Counted from the first letter of the stretch, positions 45,394 to 57,802 are shown. The stretch: 64,000 nt of DNA from Paramoeba atlantica (GCA_977017575.1 CDRNVI010000004.1:496001-560000), one strand, 5' to 3'. The notes: generated by a model not told the origin, from the sequence alone. Numbers and translations are program-made.

Positions 45394-46221
45394 ATGACTG
45401 CGGTTGCTTTGGCCAACTTCGTCTCAATGCGTCGTGTGTCGAACGCCGACACACAACCCTCGTCCAATCGTCGGGGAAAAGTGTCTGCACTATTGGCTCC
45501 CCAAGAAGAGCTTATGTCTAAGCTGGTCAGTAATCTCACGCATCATCCGTCCTCATGGGTACGAAGTAAACGTAATTTCTTTGGTCAAGTTCGTGAAGTT
45601 TCACCCTGTACATGGAAAGGTGTCGTTTGTGATGCGCAAAGAAATGTTATGGGCATTCGTTGGTTTGGTAAAGCCAAGGAAATTGTTTTGAAAGGAAGTT
45701 TATGTTGGCGTTATTTGCCTCCCACCTTGGAGAAATGTGAGGTAGCGAAACACCGCAGTTACCTAAGCGGCAACATCGCACTCAATGAGCTCCCTGTATA
45801 TTTAACTTTTCTCAATATTCGCAGGAACAAGTTATCTGGAGAGATTTTGTTAAGTGCTCTGCCACCAAAACTTGAAGTTTTCATTGCAGAACGCAATAAC
45901 TTTGAAGGATGCATATGTTTGTCGGGCTTACCTCCTGTGCTACAGCAACTGAACTTGAATAACAATCTGTTACATGGGCCTGTATGCCTCGAAGGGTTAC
46001 CTGCATCTCTGACTCATTTGGACTTACACAATAACCGTTTTGAAGGGATTATTGATTTAGTACCCATTCTAGGTGACAAATGGAAAGGAGATGCTCCATT
46101 GGAGATCTCGTTGTACGATAATATGTTTCAATCGTATCTGATGCCGCCTTCAGTTCACGCGCTCCCGGAAAACGTTCTCTTCGATACACCTATGAGTCCG
46201 CACTTGTTTTTAATGGGGTGA
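45394..46221 (+). CDS. LRR family protein 6
   Basis: ADTQP..RGKVSALLAPQ, CTWKGVVCD and LRRs. Confidence 0.9.
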   Translation: MTAVALANFVSMRRVSNADTQPSSNRRGKVSALLAPQEELMSKLVSNLTHHPSSWVRSKRNFFGQVREVSPCTWKGVVCDAQRNVMGIRWFGKAKEIVLKGSLCWRYLPPTLEKCEVAKHRSYLSGNIALNELPVYLTFLNIRRNKLSGEILLSALPPKLEVFIAERNNFEGCICLSGLPPVLQQLNLNNNLLHGPVCLEGLPASLTHLDLHNNRFEGIIDLVPILGDKWKGDAPLEISLYDNMFQSYLMPPSVHALPENVLFDTPMSPHLFLMG

Positions 46222-47056
46222 TGTTTTTTATAGAATTATTCAGTTGTTTTTTATTGCGATGCTCATGTTTATTAATGCGGCGGTTGGTCACTAATTTTTT
46301 TATTCGCTTCGTTAAACGCGGTAGTTGTTTTTTCTGTTTGGACTATCTGTAAGTTAAGAAAAGTCACCCTCTTTCTTATCTTACAAACACGATCTTCAGC
46401 TACATTTCTGTAGCTCTTCTTTCCCTGAACCTTCTTTCCCTGACCTTCTTTCCCTCCTCCACCGCTCAGGTAACACATCATTTCGGGTAATGGTTCCACT
46501 GGGGTGGATTTTACCTTTTTTGGTATTTGTTACGTTTTATGGCTTCTCAGAAGGAAAAAGAAAGTTTTAATCGTGTGGTATGGGATCGGTCCAAATTCTT
46601 TAAAAGAATTTCGTCCTTCAACTGTGCTGAGGCACAGGTCACCGAAGTTGCCATTAACTTCCGTTTGAAGCATTTTCCAAGAAGGTACTTGCAGTTTCTA
46701 TGATATGTTGAATAGAACCAGGCTCTTTCAAAGTTTTATTGCGATTCAGCACAGAAGCTGATGGAACTTTATTGGGTCGAGACACGAGGCGCGGTACAAA
46801 ACGCGCCACCGTCGGTAGTTCTTTTCCAATATACAGTATTCAGTAGTTAGGAATTTTTCCGAAACTCGTGTCGTCACCCGATCTAGGCTCCGGATGTATT
46901 TGAAAATACAGCTATGTTCGTAGACATGAAAGAAAACCCACAGAACGTAATGGGTAGAGAGCTCGCGATCGTTCAGATGAGTTTACACGTCCAACGCCCC
47001 TGGACAGATTTTACTCCGAAATACATATTCGAGGGGCTGCGGGTGAGGCCCAAGAC

Positions 47057-47500
47057 GAGATCATGCAAGATCACAGGAGATCATGCAAGATCACGCGAGA
47101 TCATGCGAGACCACGTGAGATCACTCGAGAGCGGATTTGGCTCGGGAGGGTGGTTGGACGACCTCAAAACGAGATCACGCGAGATCATACCCGCAGCCCC
47201 TTATTTAACTCTACAACCCGGCGATTTTTACCCCTTAATGACATTTTTACCCCTTAATGAAATTTTTTACCCCTTAATGACTTTTTCATCACTTAAGGAG
47301 TGCTTTACAAAAAAGTAGTGACGGACTATAAATACTGGAACCGTGGTGTCCCATTTCTGTTCCCGGTAAGGCCCCGGAGTTGCGTGAAGGCCTCCATACC
47401 CCACAACTACCACCTTCCCCCCTATTTAGCGAGGGTCGCTTTTGGGATAAAAATTTAATCTTGGAATAGAAATGTCATTAAGGGGTAAAAATGTCATTTA
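47057..47500. repeat. 10-bp GAGATCAYGC-type tandem plus TTTTTACCCCTTAATGA repeats with an inverted partner
   Basis: Tandem at 47057-47190; 17-bp repeats at 47224-47280, inverted at about 47474-47500. Confidence 0.8.
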
Positions 47501-47694
47501 GGGGCAAAGTTCCCCCTACAACCCTCATTTAACTCCACATAAAATATAAAATATACTGCATACTAGGATAAAAATTGCTGTGTATCTATTAAAATTGTCT
47601 AAGCCTTTTACCTACGCACTAGCGAATAAACGAATGACAAACATTGAAGTCACATTGGCGAGTTTTTTCTTCTATAGTTACACAATCCGTTGAT

Positions 47695-48732
47695 ATGCTT
47701 TCGGCTGTATTTAATTATGACGCCTCTCATGCAAGGCCGTCCAAAGTACATAAATCAATCCTGGCGCCCGAATATCACTTGGCTCAGTTTGTGGCGAACA
47801 TCTCCAATCCACATCCCTCGTGGACCGTAGAAAATACTGCTGAAGACTGGGATGGCGTTCAGTTATCTAAAAGCAGTGAGATTCACTCAATCTACTGGTC
47901 GGCTTTGGGCCTTCGAGGCAGCCTCAACTTCGCCTTTATTCCAAACACATTGAAAGACCTACGTGTGGAACGAAATCATTTGACAGGTCCAATCAATATT
48001 GGACACTCAGCGGAGAAACTTCGAGATTGCTATCTAGATGGCAATAAACTGAATGGTGAAATCGCGTTTAGTGAACTTCCACGCACGTTGCACTTTTTTT
48101 GGGCAAGATCAAATTGCTGTACGGGGAAAGTGGACCTCACCTCCTTGCCCCCTACAATACGAGACCTATTAATTGACTCGAATGATTTTTCGGGAAGTGT
48201 GCTTTTCGGCTTTTTGCCACCTACAATAAGCAAACTTTTTCTAGACCACAATCGATTGGAAGGGTATCTTGATTTGAGTGTTCTGCCTCGTGGTCTACAT
48301 ACTTTGTCTTTGCACAATAACTCATTTACAGGGGTACTTGATTTCTCACATGTGCCTCCCGATCTCACACAGCTGGCGCTAGCACGAAATAAGTTTGAGG
48401 GGGTGGTTGATATTTCTCAGCTACCCCACTCAATATATTTCCTTTCGCTGTTCACCAACGAAGTTTTAGTTTATCTGGATACGAGCAAAGCGCCCAATCA
48501 CCTTGATAAGATTTGTGTGTATGATCCCCCACGTAAGAACTTACACCTCAGCAAGCTTCCAACACGGTTTGCCAAGTGGGACACGTCTTCTGATGTGTGG
48601 TACGTATACAACGGTTCTGTTCCAGAAACCCTAATCGACGCTGATAAGGAGGAAAATTCTCCATCCGGCTCTAAATCAGGGAACCCTTGGTGGCAGTCAT
48701 TCGATGATCAATGGGACGTATTCAAATTTTAA
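47695..48732 (+). CDS. LRR family protein 7
   Basis: SKVHKSILAPEY..HPSW..WDGV cap, about 8 LRRs and a unique C-terminal tail. Confidence 0.9.
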   Translation: MLSAVFNYDASHARPSKVHKSILAPEYHLAQFVANISNPHPSWTVENTAEDWDGVQLSKSSEIHSIYWSALGLRGSLNFAFIPNTLKDLRVERNHLTGPINIGHSAEKLRDCYLDGNKLNGEIAFSELPRTLHFFWARSNCCTGKVDLTSLPPTIRDLLIDSNDFSGSVLFGFLPPTISKLFLDHNRLEGYLDLSVLPRGLHTLSLHNNSFTGVLDFSHVPPDLTQLALARNKFEGVVDISQLPHSIYFLSLFTNEVLVYLDTSKAPNHLDKICVYDPPRKNLHLSKLPTRFAKWDTSSDVWYVYNGSVPETLIDADKEENSPSGSKSGNPWWQSFDDQWDVFKF

Positions 48733-48874
48733 CTGTTTTTACGTGCTTTACCCCTTAATTATTAAGCTATTTACCTTTTTCCAATAATATAGAGGTTTGC
48801 GGCTACTACTAGCCTTCTTTAGTAGAAGGCTTCCACAGCTTTTTTTAATACACAAGATACCCCTTTTTGTTGCC

Positions 48875-49140
48875 TTGATAGGCCTATCGGGATTGTGGTA
48901 GTTCCGATGAGTACTCATCCAAACTACTATTGCCTCCTAGGGGGTTGTGGTAGTTTCGATGAGTACTCATCCAAACTACTATCACCGCCCTCTGACGAAA
49001 ATGGAAGTACTCATCCAAATCATAGATCGCGTTGTAATGGCAGTTTGGATGAGTACTCATCGAAACGACCTCTCCACATGGTACTTTGGATGAGTACTCA
49101 TTGAAACGACCTCTGCGAATGGTACTTTGGATGAGTACTT
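48875..49140 (+). repeat. Array of GATGAGTACTCATC palindromes (also 54186-54347 inverted, and 62915-63025)
   Basis: Perfect copies at 48906, 48958, 49048 and 54227; variants at 49089, 49130, 54268 and 54307. Confidence 0.9.
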
Positions 49141-49569
49141 TCTTCCGTAGTCAAGAATCATGTAAATTGTTGCCAGGTTCTGACACAAAATACACACTCA
49201 TTTTCTGCGAAGCGAGTAGGGCGCTGTGAAATACAGAAACTGAATCTTTATACGTCTAAAGCGAAAGCATGCTCCCCTTTCCCCTTTTTATCCTGTTGAC
49301 CCCGTGAACCAAACAATTTGTTTTATTTTTTTTCGTACCTCCAACTCATTTGCTATTCACAATACCATTTCACATTCTTTTCCCCTGAACCAACCATTGT
49401 TTTTTTTTATTTTATTTTTAGTATTGAGTCTAATGTTTTTATCTACTTTTCCAACTTTCCTACTCTCCACACAATCCTTCACCCAAAAAGCTTTCACCCT
49501 ACTTCCTTCCTTCCCCCACTTCCTGCCCCTCACCACACGTCCTTCCCTTCCTCCACTTACGCCCTACCC

Positions 49570-50260
49570 CACTGACCGACTCGTCCGCGCGGGGGGCCAT
49601 GCGGTCCAGAGCCTCCGAAAGTTGGGGGGTCCCCTTCGCCGTACTGTGCGACACATGCGATAATATTCGCCAATCGAATTCCTCGAGCAGCTTGACCGTG
49701 GCGGTGAGTTCGACCCAGTTTCACACATTGCAGAGCCACGCGCTCCTGACAATGCGTAGAATTAATACCAAAATTACGGTGCTGCTTCTTAACCCAGTCC
49801 TTCACTATACTGTACGTGCCTTCTACGTTGTTAGTGTGATACCCCTCCTCCGATACGAATTCGACTTGATGGTTTACATGGTGTTGTTCACATATTTCAG
49901 AGAGACCGGCATAACCCTTCCAACAGTCGGTGACCACGACGGTACCTACTCCATGTATATTTCTCGATGAATGCAGTCAAAGTAGGTCGGTCACGCTTCT
50001 GGACGAGCTTCCATACGGTCCTCTCGGATGTACCGTCACGTAGGATTTCTGTCGCAGTAACGAACTTCCTTGCGAACACGCTTACCGCGATGATATTTAC
50101 GTTTCTCAACCTAAGTTTCATCAACGGCCATACGATTGAAGCGCGACACTTCACTTTCTTCATGCTTCAGAGCGGTGTCGCACAGATCCTTGAAAAGCTG
50201 GGTGAGTCTTTATTCCCACAGCATTTTCTCGATGTATTTGTCCCGTTGAAAAATGGGGTT
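49570..50260 (-). pseudogene. Merlin transposase remnant of another family
   Basis: AVDET*..KRKYHRGKR, TDCWKGY, HHVNHQVEFVSEEGYHTNNVE. Confidence 0.8.
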
Positions 50261-51136
50261 CAAACTACTTTCAAACTACTGTATATTGCAGGCCGTTAAC
50301 TTACATTGCAGGATGTCAACTTACTTATATTGCAGGCCGTTAACTGTACATTGCAGGATGTCAATTTATATAACAGGATGTTAATTTATATTGCAGGTTG
50401 TTAACTTCTATTGAAAGTAAATATAGTGAAAGCAAAATATAATGTATGAATCCCCTTGAAGGATGTATCAATTCTGTATCAAACTTTCAATAAACACCTA
50501 GTCTTAGTCGGTTGGCATGTTTATGTCAACTTCAACGGACTCCGCTTCACATGGTGTTTCATTCATATCCCGATCTTCGGGATATGCGACTTCGCTAACA
50601 TCTTCTTCATCACTTATTCCCTCGCAGGTGGAATCGAACGAGTCGAATAAAACGTCAACTACTTGTCGAGGCAAATTTCGTACAACCTTGAACGCTTTCA
50701 GTAAGGCTTGTAAACGTTCTTGCCAGGTTGTCTTCTTAAACCATAAAGTATACACGGAAAGAACTCTACTTGCACTTATCACGTTTTTGGGCAGTCGCCC
50801 CTGTCGTCTTATCATCCTTTTTATAGAAGAATGGGCCGACTCTGCGTTATTATTGTGCACACCTTCTTTTGTCTTGAACCGATATCTTGGATCAGAATGG
50901 TTCACCTTTCAATGATCACGAGTAGCAGACAATGGGCGTTAACTTGATAGACAATCGGTATACACAACTGTTCGTTTGGAATCTAGTGTGCATTGCCTCA
51001 CAATATTACACAAACTGTTAGTTTTCCGATTCTTCACTTTGAACCACACTGTTTCTTGGCACTTTCCATCCCTTTCAACACCCGTCACAGAAACTGCCCA
51101 GAAGGAGTCTGTGCGTGCAGGCTTACCGCGATTATA

Positions 51137-51874
51137 CACCCATGGACAGAAGTGTGCCCCCGGCCTGGCAAATGTCAATTTTTTGATCCGTTTTTTCTCA
51201 ATTTTGCAGCATTCGAGAGATCTCGTTGCCCTAGCGAAGAGCTTTGCCGCCTTTGCTTCATAGGCACCCCCTGGTACCCCCTGGGTCCAAAAAACATGGT
51301 TTTATTGCCCATTTTTTTGGAACACAGTCAATTTTTCTAGTATATTATTTTTTTCTCCCTGTTTTTTCATGAGGACCCCGCCTCGTACAAATCATAAACG
51401 AAACATCGCTTTGTCGATTTCGGAGCGAACAGAGATAGTCAAACAGCATAAATCCACACAACTTTGTAGTTTTAAGCCACACAGCTATGTGACCCTGATA
51501 AAGGCCATAGAAAAGGCGTTTAATGATCTAAAACGTGCCCCACATAGACAGAAAGCGTTGAATTCCATCAAATCTGTTCCCAAACGTATGCAAATAGTTA
51601 TTCAGACCAATGGGGAGCACTGCGGATATTGACACTTCTTCCTTTTTTCTCATTTTATCATTGAAAGGGAGATTTGTTTCTAGATGTCTAATGTACCATT
51701 TTTTGTTTTTGGTCCACTTTGGGGTCACCACCAGAGCACCAGGGGGTCCCTATGAAAAATAGGGCAAAGCTCTTCGCTAGGGCAACGAGATCTCTCGAAT
51801 GCTGCAAAAATGAGAAAAAAATGGATAAAAAAATGGCATTTGCCAGGCCTGGGGCACACTTCTGTCCATGGGTG
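51137..51874 (+). mobile_element. Non-autonomous Tc1-like element with long TIRs (738 bp)
   Basis: TA|CACCCATGGACAGAAGTGTG inverted ends; the internal ORF has only the N- and C-termini of the transposase seen at 39177-39720. Confidence 0.88.
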
Positions 51875-51911
51875 TACTTTCTTTTTTGGATGAACGTTTC
51901 GTCCACACATA

Positions 51912-52502
51912 GCTGTAAAATTATTAATAATTTTTTCGTTTAATAATAATTATTATTAAAAATTATTAATAATTATTAATAAGGTCTTAGTAGGCAGATA
52001 GGACATAAAAATACCAACGTCAGAATATTTTATTCCCTCACATTTTTCTTTCTAATTCCGCTTCATGCCAAGGAAGAATCCTGGGGGGGATCAACTCAGA
52101 AAACTTTGGTTCTTAAGAGATCTTAGAAATCACGTTTTTTGGCTATGTATGATGATGTTTTTTGGCTAATGTATCCCAAAAAAATAGATATTAAACGTCT
52201 AGTTTTTGAAAATGAGAATGCGGCTCTGAATGATCATGTCAACGTGCAACTCCATTTAAGCTTGGCAGTATATACATGAAGACTTCATGGATGTCCATGA
52301 AGACCTACATACTACTTTCAGAATCTTTTAATGTCTCTTACATGAAGTACGTGCAACGTGCTTCCACTTTATTTGATCTTGTCTGATCTCACCGATGGTA
52401 TTAACGCGGACCAAAAACCTAAAATGCAAAATTATTAATAATTGACCCTTTCTTTTAATAAAAATTATTAATAATTATTATTAAAAAAATTATTAATACA
52501 GC
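51912..52502. mobile_element. AT-rich TA-flanked MITE (591 bp)
   Basis: TA|GCTGTAAAATTATTAATAATT ... AATTATTAATACAGC|TA; removal restores Merlin GRLCVDET. Confidence 0.8.
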
Positions 52503-53879
52503 TAGGCGTCCACAGAGCAACTTAGTATGCTTTTTCAAATAATTCATATAGCGATGGATAACTTCAACTACCTGTCGCTTCCACTTACAAAGGATCGCAC
52601 GACTTACTCCTAGTTGTGCCGCAGAAGATAATTGCAAGTCGCTTCGGCACAAGCTAATTCAGAACAGAAATTTTTCTTTCGCTTTCTTTTGCTTGGAAGA
52701 AAAATAAGGAAACAAACTAGAAAGACGTTTCCTACAATCATTCTTTCCCCATTTCTTCCAGCAAATACTGATGAAGTTGGAAAGTTTTCTGCCGTATCCT
52801 CCATGCCTGGGGCAAGATTGTAGCCCTGCGATGTCATGTTTTCGAAGGAACTCATCAAAATTTGTCGGAATATCCGCATTGCTTTTCCATTTTAGCACGC
52901 ACCCAATATCTTTGCATGAGCATCCCGGCATGCTTATAAATGCCTTTATTATAAATTTTATTATTTATTCGATATTATATTGAGCAATTCAAGTGAACAA
53001 CCTGCAATATAAATTAACATCCTGGAATATAAGTTGACGACCTGCAATATAAGTTGTATATCCCGAAAAATAATCAGCGACATCGGCCCAAAACTTCAGG
53101 AGATCGCCCGCCGCGTATCGAGCATGGTGCGGAATGACGGAGGAAAGAAGGCTGATCTTTTTGCGGCATCGATTGTGTTGGCCATGGCCACGGTGCATGC
53201 AAATCATGATACCAGGCTCTTCGGATTGCTACATGCAATGCGAACCATGCTCCGGATAAGTCGCCGGCTTACAAGGAAACTGTTTCTTCAACCAAAGAAT
53301 GGCATCATCACCGCAGGGAACTTGTAGCTTAAAACGCCACTCTTTCACGCAAGCGAAGTTCGCAATCCATGACACAAAGCGTGGTCACGTAAAATTCTCC
53401 CTCTGGGACTCAGACGCATAGGCGGATTCTCTTCGGGACGCGGTGAATTGCTATACTGGGTTCCGAAAAACTGCGAAAACAATCGAAACAAATGCGCTGT
53501 GTCATTTGCACTATTTTCGCTACCCGACATAGAGTTTGAGAGGAAGAAAAGCAGAGTAGTAGAAAGCAATACTACAATTATATCATAAATTACGTATCCG
53601 CATATCCAGCACCATACATCTACATAAAACTGCAATGGAACTAATCTACAAGCACGAACAAAAAGCGACCTCCTTCCAATATAGTCCCTTATGAACCACT
53701 ACTCCGAACGACAGGACCAAGAAGGATCGAAAAACACCCTCAATAAAATTATGAGTCAACAAGAAAAAAGCGTTGTAATCATCAGAGAGCGTAGTCTATT
53801 TGTCAAGACATGAGATATTATAAAGTAAGGTATCGCTCTTGGTTCGTTTCCCTGGTTTAACACAAGTTACAATTCCGTA

Positions 53880-54125
53880 GGCGTTCCTGCGGAAGTGGCA
53901 GACATAGGTTCTCGGTGCGCGACCCGCGCGCTGGAGCGCGCGGGTCGCCAAAAATTATAATTCTGTCCCAGGGCTACGCTCACAGTTGGGCCTTGCTCGC
54001 CAACGGGGGCCTTTGCCTCTAGACGTGGGCTTCGCTCACAGTTGGGCCTTGCCTCCAGACAGGTAAACTAGGTGATGCAATATAGGAAAATAAATACAGA
54101 ATGCTCCAGACAGGTAAACTAGGCG
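53880..54125. repeat. Dispersed repeat with a GCTCACAGTTGGG.CTTGCCTCCAGACAGGTAA core and a 13-bp GC hairpin
   Basis: Also at 21575-21705 and inverted at 63050-63090. Confidence 0.75.
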
Positions 54126-55743
54126 TCACTGTCGCGGGATACGTTCACAGTTTAGTCTTAGGGAGTCAGACGTTGATAATAGAGTGAAAAGTACTCATCC
54201 AAAGTACCACGTGCGGAGGTCGTTTCGATGAGTACTCATCCAAACTACCATGTGAAGAGGTCGTTTCGATGAGTACATTTTTTCGCAAAACTAAAGATTC
54301 GTTTCGATGAGTACTCACCCAAACTACTACAACGCCGGCCTATCAAAATGATAAATCATATCCCAAAAATATCAGGAAAAGTAATTTTCGGGCCCAAAGG
54401 AGTCCGTTTTCCGCGTAAAAATGGCTTGGATCATTCCGTTCTGAAGGCTCACGCGAAGTACAGTAGTGAACTCTCATACCAAAAGCTTGGATTTAGTGCC
54501 CTGAGTGCAAAAACACGTAAAAATGACTCTATTTCCTCCCACGAGCTTTTTTAGGTCGAATCCTTCCGTTTTCTTCGGCTTTCGAGGAAACTTTTTCTTT
54601 TTTAGTCGCGTCGTTAAACGCGGAGGTAATTTTCAAAACGAAGATCGCAACAGCGATTCTTTTGAAGTTGAAAACAACAGTTCCGTTTAACGAAGCGACT
54701 AAAAAACAATTCCCGTATTTTTACGTTGTATGGCTATTTTAGCGAAATGCAATACGTGCTCACCACTTCACATTCGGTAATTTTGACAAATTTTATACCC
54801 CCCGTGATCCACGAGGGCTTCCCTTGCATCTTATTGCAAGATTTTTTACGACCTTTAATTAATACTTTTTTCCAATTCTGCTCAACATTGCTTGCGCAAA
54901 TTCTCTAACTGAGCTCCACAATCTATGCACCTAGCGAGAATGCTCCTATCTTAATTCGATGCATGGAATAAATGTTTGGAAAGGATACTTCAATGTTTTC
55001 GTGTTTTCAGTTACGTTTTCCCTAACCTCGGCCTCATTACTGTATCTGGAACTAAGGCATCCAAATTTAAGGTGTAGGAAACTGTTACAGGAAAATAATG
55101 TTTCTAAGCAGTGTTTTGTTGAAATGAATACTCTTTGCACTCCTTTAGTGCTAGTTGTTTGCCTCAGTGTCATCTGCGCACCCTGTTGGACATTATACCG
55201 AGTCTTTCGAAAAAGATAAATTAATACCCCCCCTTTAAGCGCACCCGGAGAGACCCCCTGTTTAAACGTCCATCGAGTTGAAGTACACGGCGCCGATCAT
55301 TTTTCTCATGTTCGTGCTTCAGAATCATTTAAGCCCCCCGTTTAACCACACTTTTCACGAATAACAAGGTACACTTAAACGGAGGGGGGACAGTAGCTCA
55401 AATTATGACATACCGTGGCTTGCTCATGTAGCGAAATGTTCGAATTGTACAGATTGTAAAAACCACTAGCACGCATGCTGATTTACTGGATGTACAGATG
55501 AAATGGCGCGGCCAAGCGGCGCCGACTTTTCTTCGACTTCTTTTGCTTCACTTTCTTGGCGTTCTTGAACTTTCTTAAAGTACTCCGTCAGCGTACATGC
55601 GTACCGAAAACCTGAAGGACTCTTTAGGGGAGCAGAGTTGAGAATCTCTCGTGGTGGCTCTTCGTCGGTAGAGTGGGTGAACCTGTAAGCCACGGGGGGG
55701 GGGGTCACGAGGGTTTTTCAAGGGGGGGAATGTTAAAAAACAC

Positions 55744-55830
55744 ATGGCACAATCGAAGTCACCAATAGTCAACAAAAGGCGTCAGTATGGGGATTGGGAA
55801 GCAGACCTCGTGGAAGGGCACTTTTATTAG
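55744..55830 (+). pseudogene. IS30-like transposase fragment
   Basis: MAQSKSPIVNKRRQYGDWEADLVEGHFY*; the RxxxGxWExDxVxG pattern is typical of IS30. Confidence 0.5.
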
Positions 55831-55924
55831 GCTCTTCGTTAAACGCGGTGGTTGCTTTCAACTTAGAAGTCACTCATGCTGCGCGCTTCGCGTTGAAAAC
55901 TACCGCCGCGTTTAACGAAGAGCC
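55830..55924. mobile_element. ~95-bp palindromic MITE (also about 54605-54700; half copy near 46306)
   Basis: TA|GGCTCTTCGTTAAACGCGG ... CCGCGTTTAACGAAGAGCC|TA. Confidence 0.75.
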
Positions 55925-56184
55925 TAAAAAAGAAAATTTAGCCTGGAAAACGGAAAGATTATAGCCAAAAATAGCCGAATTTCGGGTACAAATGGGGTCA
56001 TTTTCGCATATTTTTGCTCTCAGAGCACTAAATCCGACATTTGCGCGTGGGAAATCACTCGCAGGCATGAATGAAAGCCTACCGAACGTATTGGGTAGAG
56101 AATGCGACTCCAACCATACCATTCTTTCGACACAAAAATGCGCCTTTAGGTCCGAAAAATACTTTTTCACCTTTTTTAGTCAAA

Positions 56185-56735
56185 AATGGGTCATTTTGGG
56201 GGGCGCACCACGGTTTGAAGAAGTGATACCTTGCGAAAACAACTGCGGAGAAAGCTAGTGTAGGTCCCAAACTATCAAAATACAATAGGGGAAACGATTT
56301 TGGAAAAATATTTTTTTTGTCATTTTTTTCGCCAAGTTGAAATCTTTTTCAAAAAAAGAATTCCGAAAAAATCCGAACTTGGCGGACCCGTCCTGCGGAT
56401 ACGCGGGGGGGTCACCCCCGGGTAGGGGGGTGGAAAATGCGCGCCAAGACCCCGGCTACCCTTTCTGCGGTTTTTTTTCGAAAACTAATTTTTTCGAAAA
56501 AATTTGCTCGACCATGCCCCCCCCCCTGGACCCCCCCCTGGATACCCCCCTGGACCCCCCCCATGGACCCCCCATTTTTTTCAAAATTTTTTTTCAGTTT
56601 TGGACCACCGGAGCCCCCTTTTATATTTTTTTCTTCTATTATATTACTGTGTTCCTCTTTATATTTTCACTGTTTTTGTTCACTTTTTTTTCAATAATCG
56701 AGTGTAGAGCGGTAGTTTTACAACCACCGCAATAT
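56185..56735. mobile_element. Diverged third copy of the Harbinger subterminal region
   Basis: Colinear with 10020-10795, including the C-rich array. Confidence 0.8.
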
Positions 56736-57052
56736 TATTCAGGCTAATGGTGTGCACCCTAGACAGCCCATATAGACGAAATCAAAACGGAAAGACAAAA
56801 GGAACGTACTAGACGTACTCAAAACTACGAAAAAAAATTGCAAAAAACGAAAACTATTTGTTTACGCTTTTTCAACAAAAATACATTTCTTTTAAACAAA
56901 TGTACTTTTTTTATCAAAAAATAGGGTCAATTTAGGGTACATTTTTGCCGGATAATAGCCGAAAAGTTGTATCTATTTTTGGGTCACCTTTTATGGTATA
57001 GTTTTGGTATTTTCTTTCAACTCGTTCACTGCAAGCATTAACTTACAAACAT

Positions 57053-57802
57053 ATGGATTCCATTGTCCCAACAACGCGGCCTGGTAAAGTACGTGGTGCA
57101 TTCTTATCCCAGGAGTATGATCTCGACCGCTTTTTCCAAGGCGTGGAAAATATACCCTTGAATTGGGGTGATGCGACATCCACGACGATGTGGCACAACA
57201 TACGACGTGATGCGGAGGGCACAATCATTAGCATTGTCTTGATGAACAGATCGCGAAGACTCCGAGGCCAATTGCACTGGGAGTACTTTCCCCAAACCAT
57301 CACACGTTTATCGCTGCAGGGAAATGAGCTCAGTGGGGGGGTGTCGTTCTCTTACCTCTCTCCTTGCTTGAAGTGGATGAATATTGCTCGCAACGAGTTC
57401 TCCGGAAAGTTAAATTTAGCTTCTCTGCCGCAAGATCTCGTGGAATTCATTGCGGATGAAAACAAATTTGACGGTGATCTGTGTTTAAAATCTCTTCCCC
57501 CATCGCTCGTAACACTTTGTTTAGGTTCGAATCAATTTTCAGGCTCCCCTGAGCTTCGAATGCTTCCCCGCAAACTAAACGAACTGCATTTGGAGAACAA
57601 TAATTTGGAGGGCCGAATCGATTTGAGCTCCCTGCCTCCATCTTTGAGCGTTCTTGATGTTCAGAATAACGCAAAGATCTACGGTGAAGTGGATTTCAGT
57701 AAATTACCGGAGCGTTTCAAGCGTGAGCTGTACAGCAAGCGAGGTACTTCTCAGGATTGGCTAGCCTGCTTTAAAAAAACGAAATTAATGTTCATATTGT
57801 AA
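57053..57802 (+). CDS. LRR family protein 8
   Basis: PGKVRGAFLSQEYDL cap and LRRs. Confidence 0.9.
   Translation: MDSIVPTTRPGKVRGAFLSQEYDLDRFFQGVENIPLNWGDATSTTMWHNIRRDAEGTIISIVLMNRSRRLRGQLHWEYFPQTITRLSLQGNELSGGVSFSYLSPCLKWMNIARNEFSGKLNLASLPQDLVEFIADENKFDGDLCLKSLPPSLVTLCLGSNQFSGSPELRMLPRKLNELHLENNNLEGRIDLSSLPPSLSVLDVQNNAKIYGEVDFSKLPERFKRELYSKRGTSQDWLACFKKTKLMFIL

Larger units (their letters stand above)
50280..53060 (-). mobile_element. Merlin element (transposase 50504-52931) split by two insertions
   Basis: Inverted subterminal ATATTGCAGG..GTTAACT-type repeats at 50283-50405 and 52990-53057; protein colinear with 12757-13848; one TGA at a Trp position. Confidence 0.85.

Noticed and set aside
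48875-49140. CRISPR array
   Set aside because: Variable segments are only a few bp, spacing is irregular, there are no cas genes and the context is eukaryotic.
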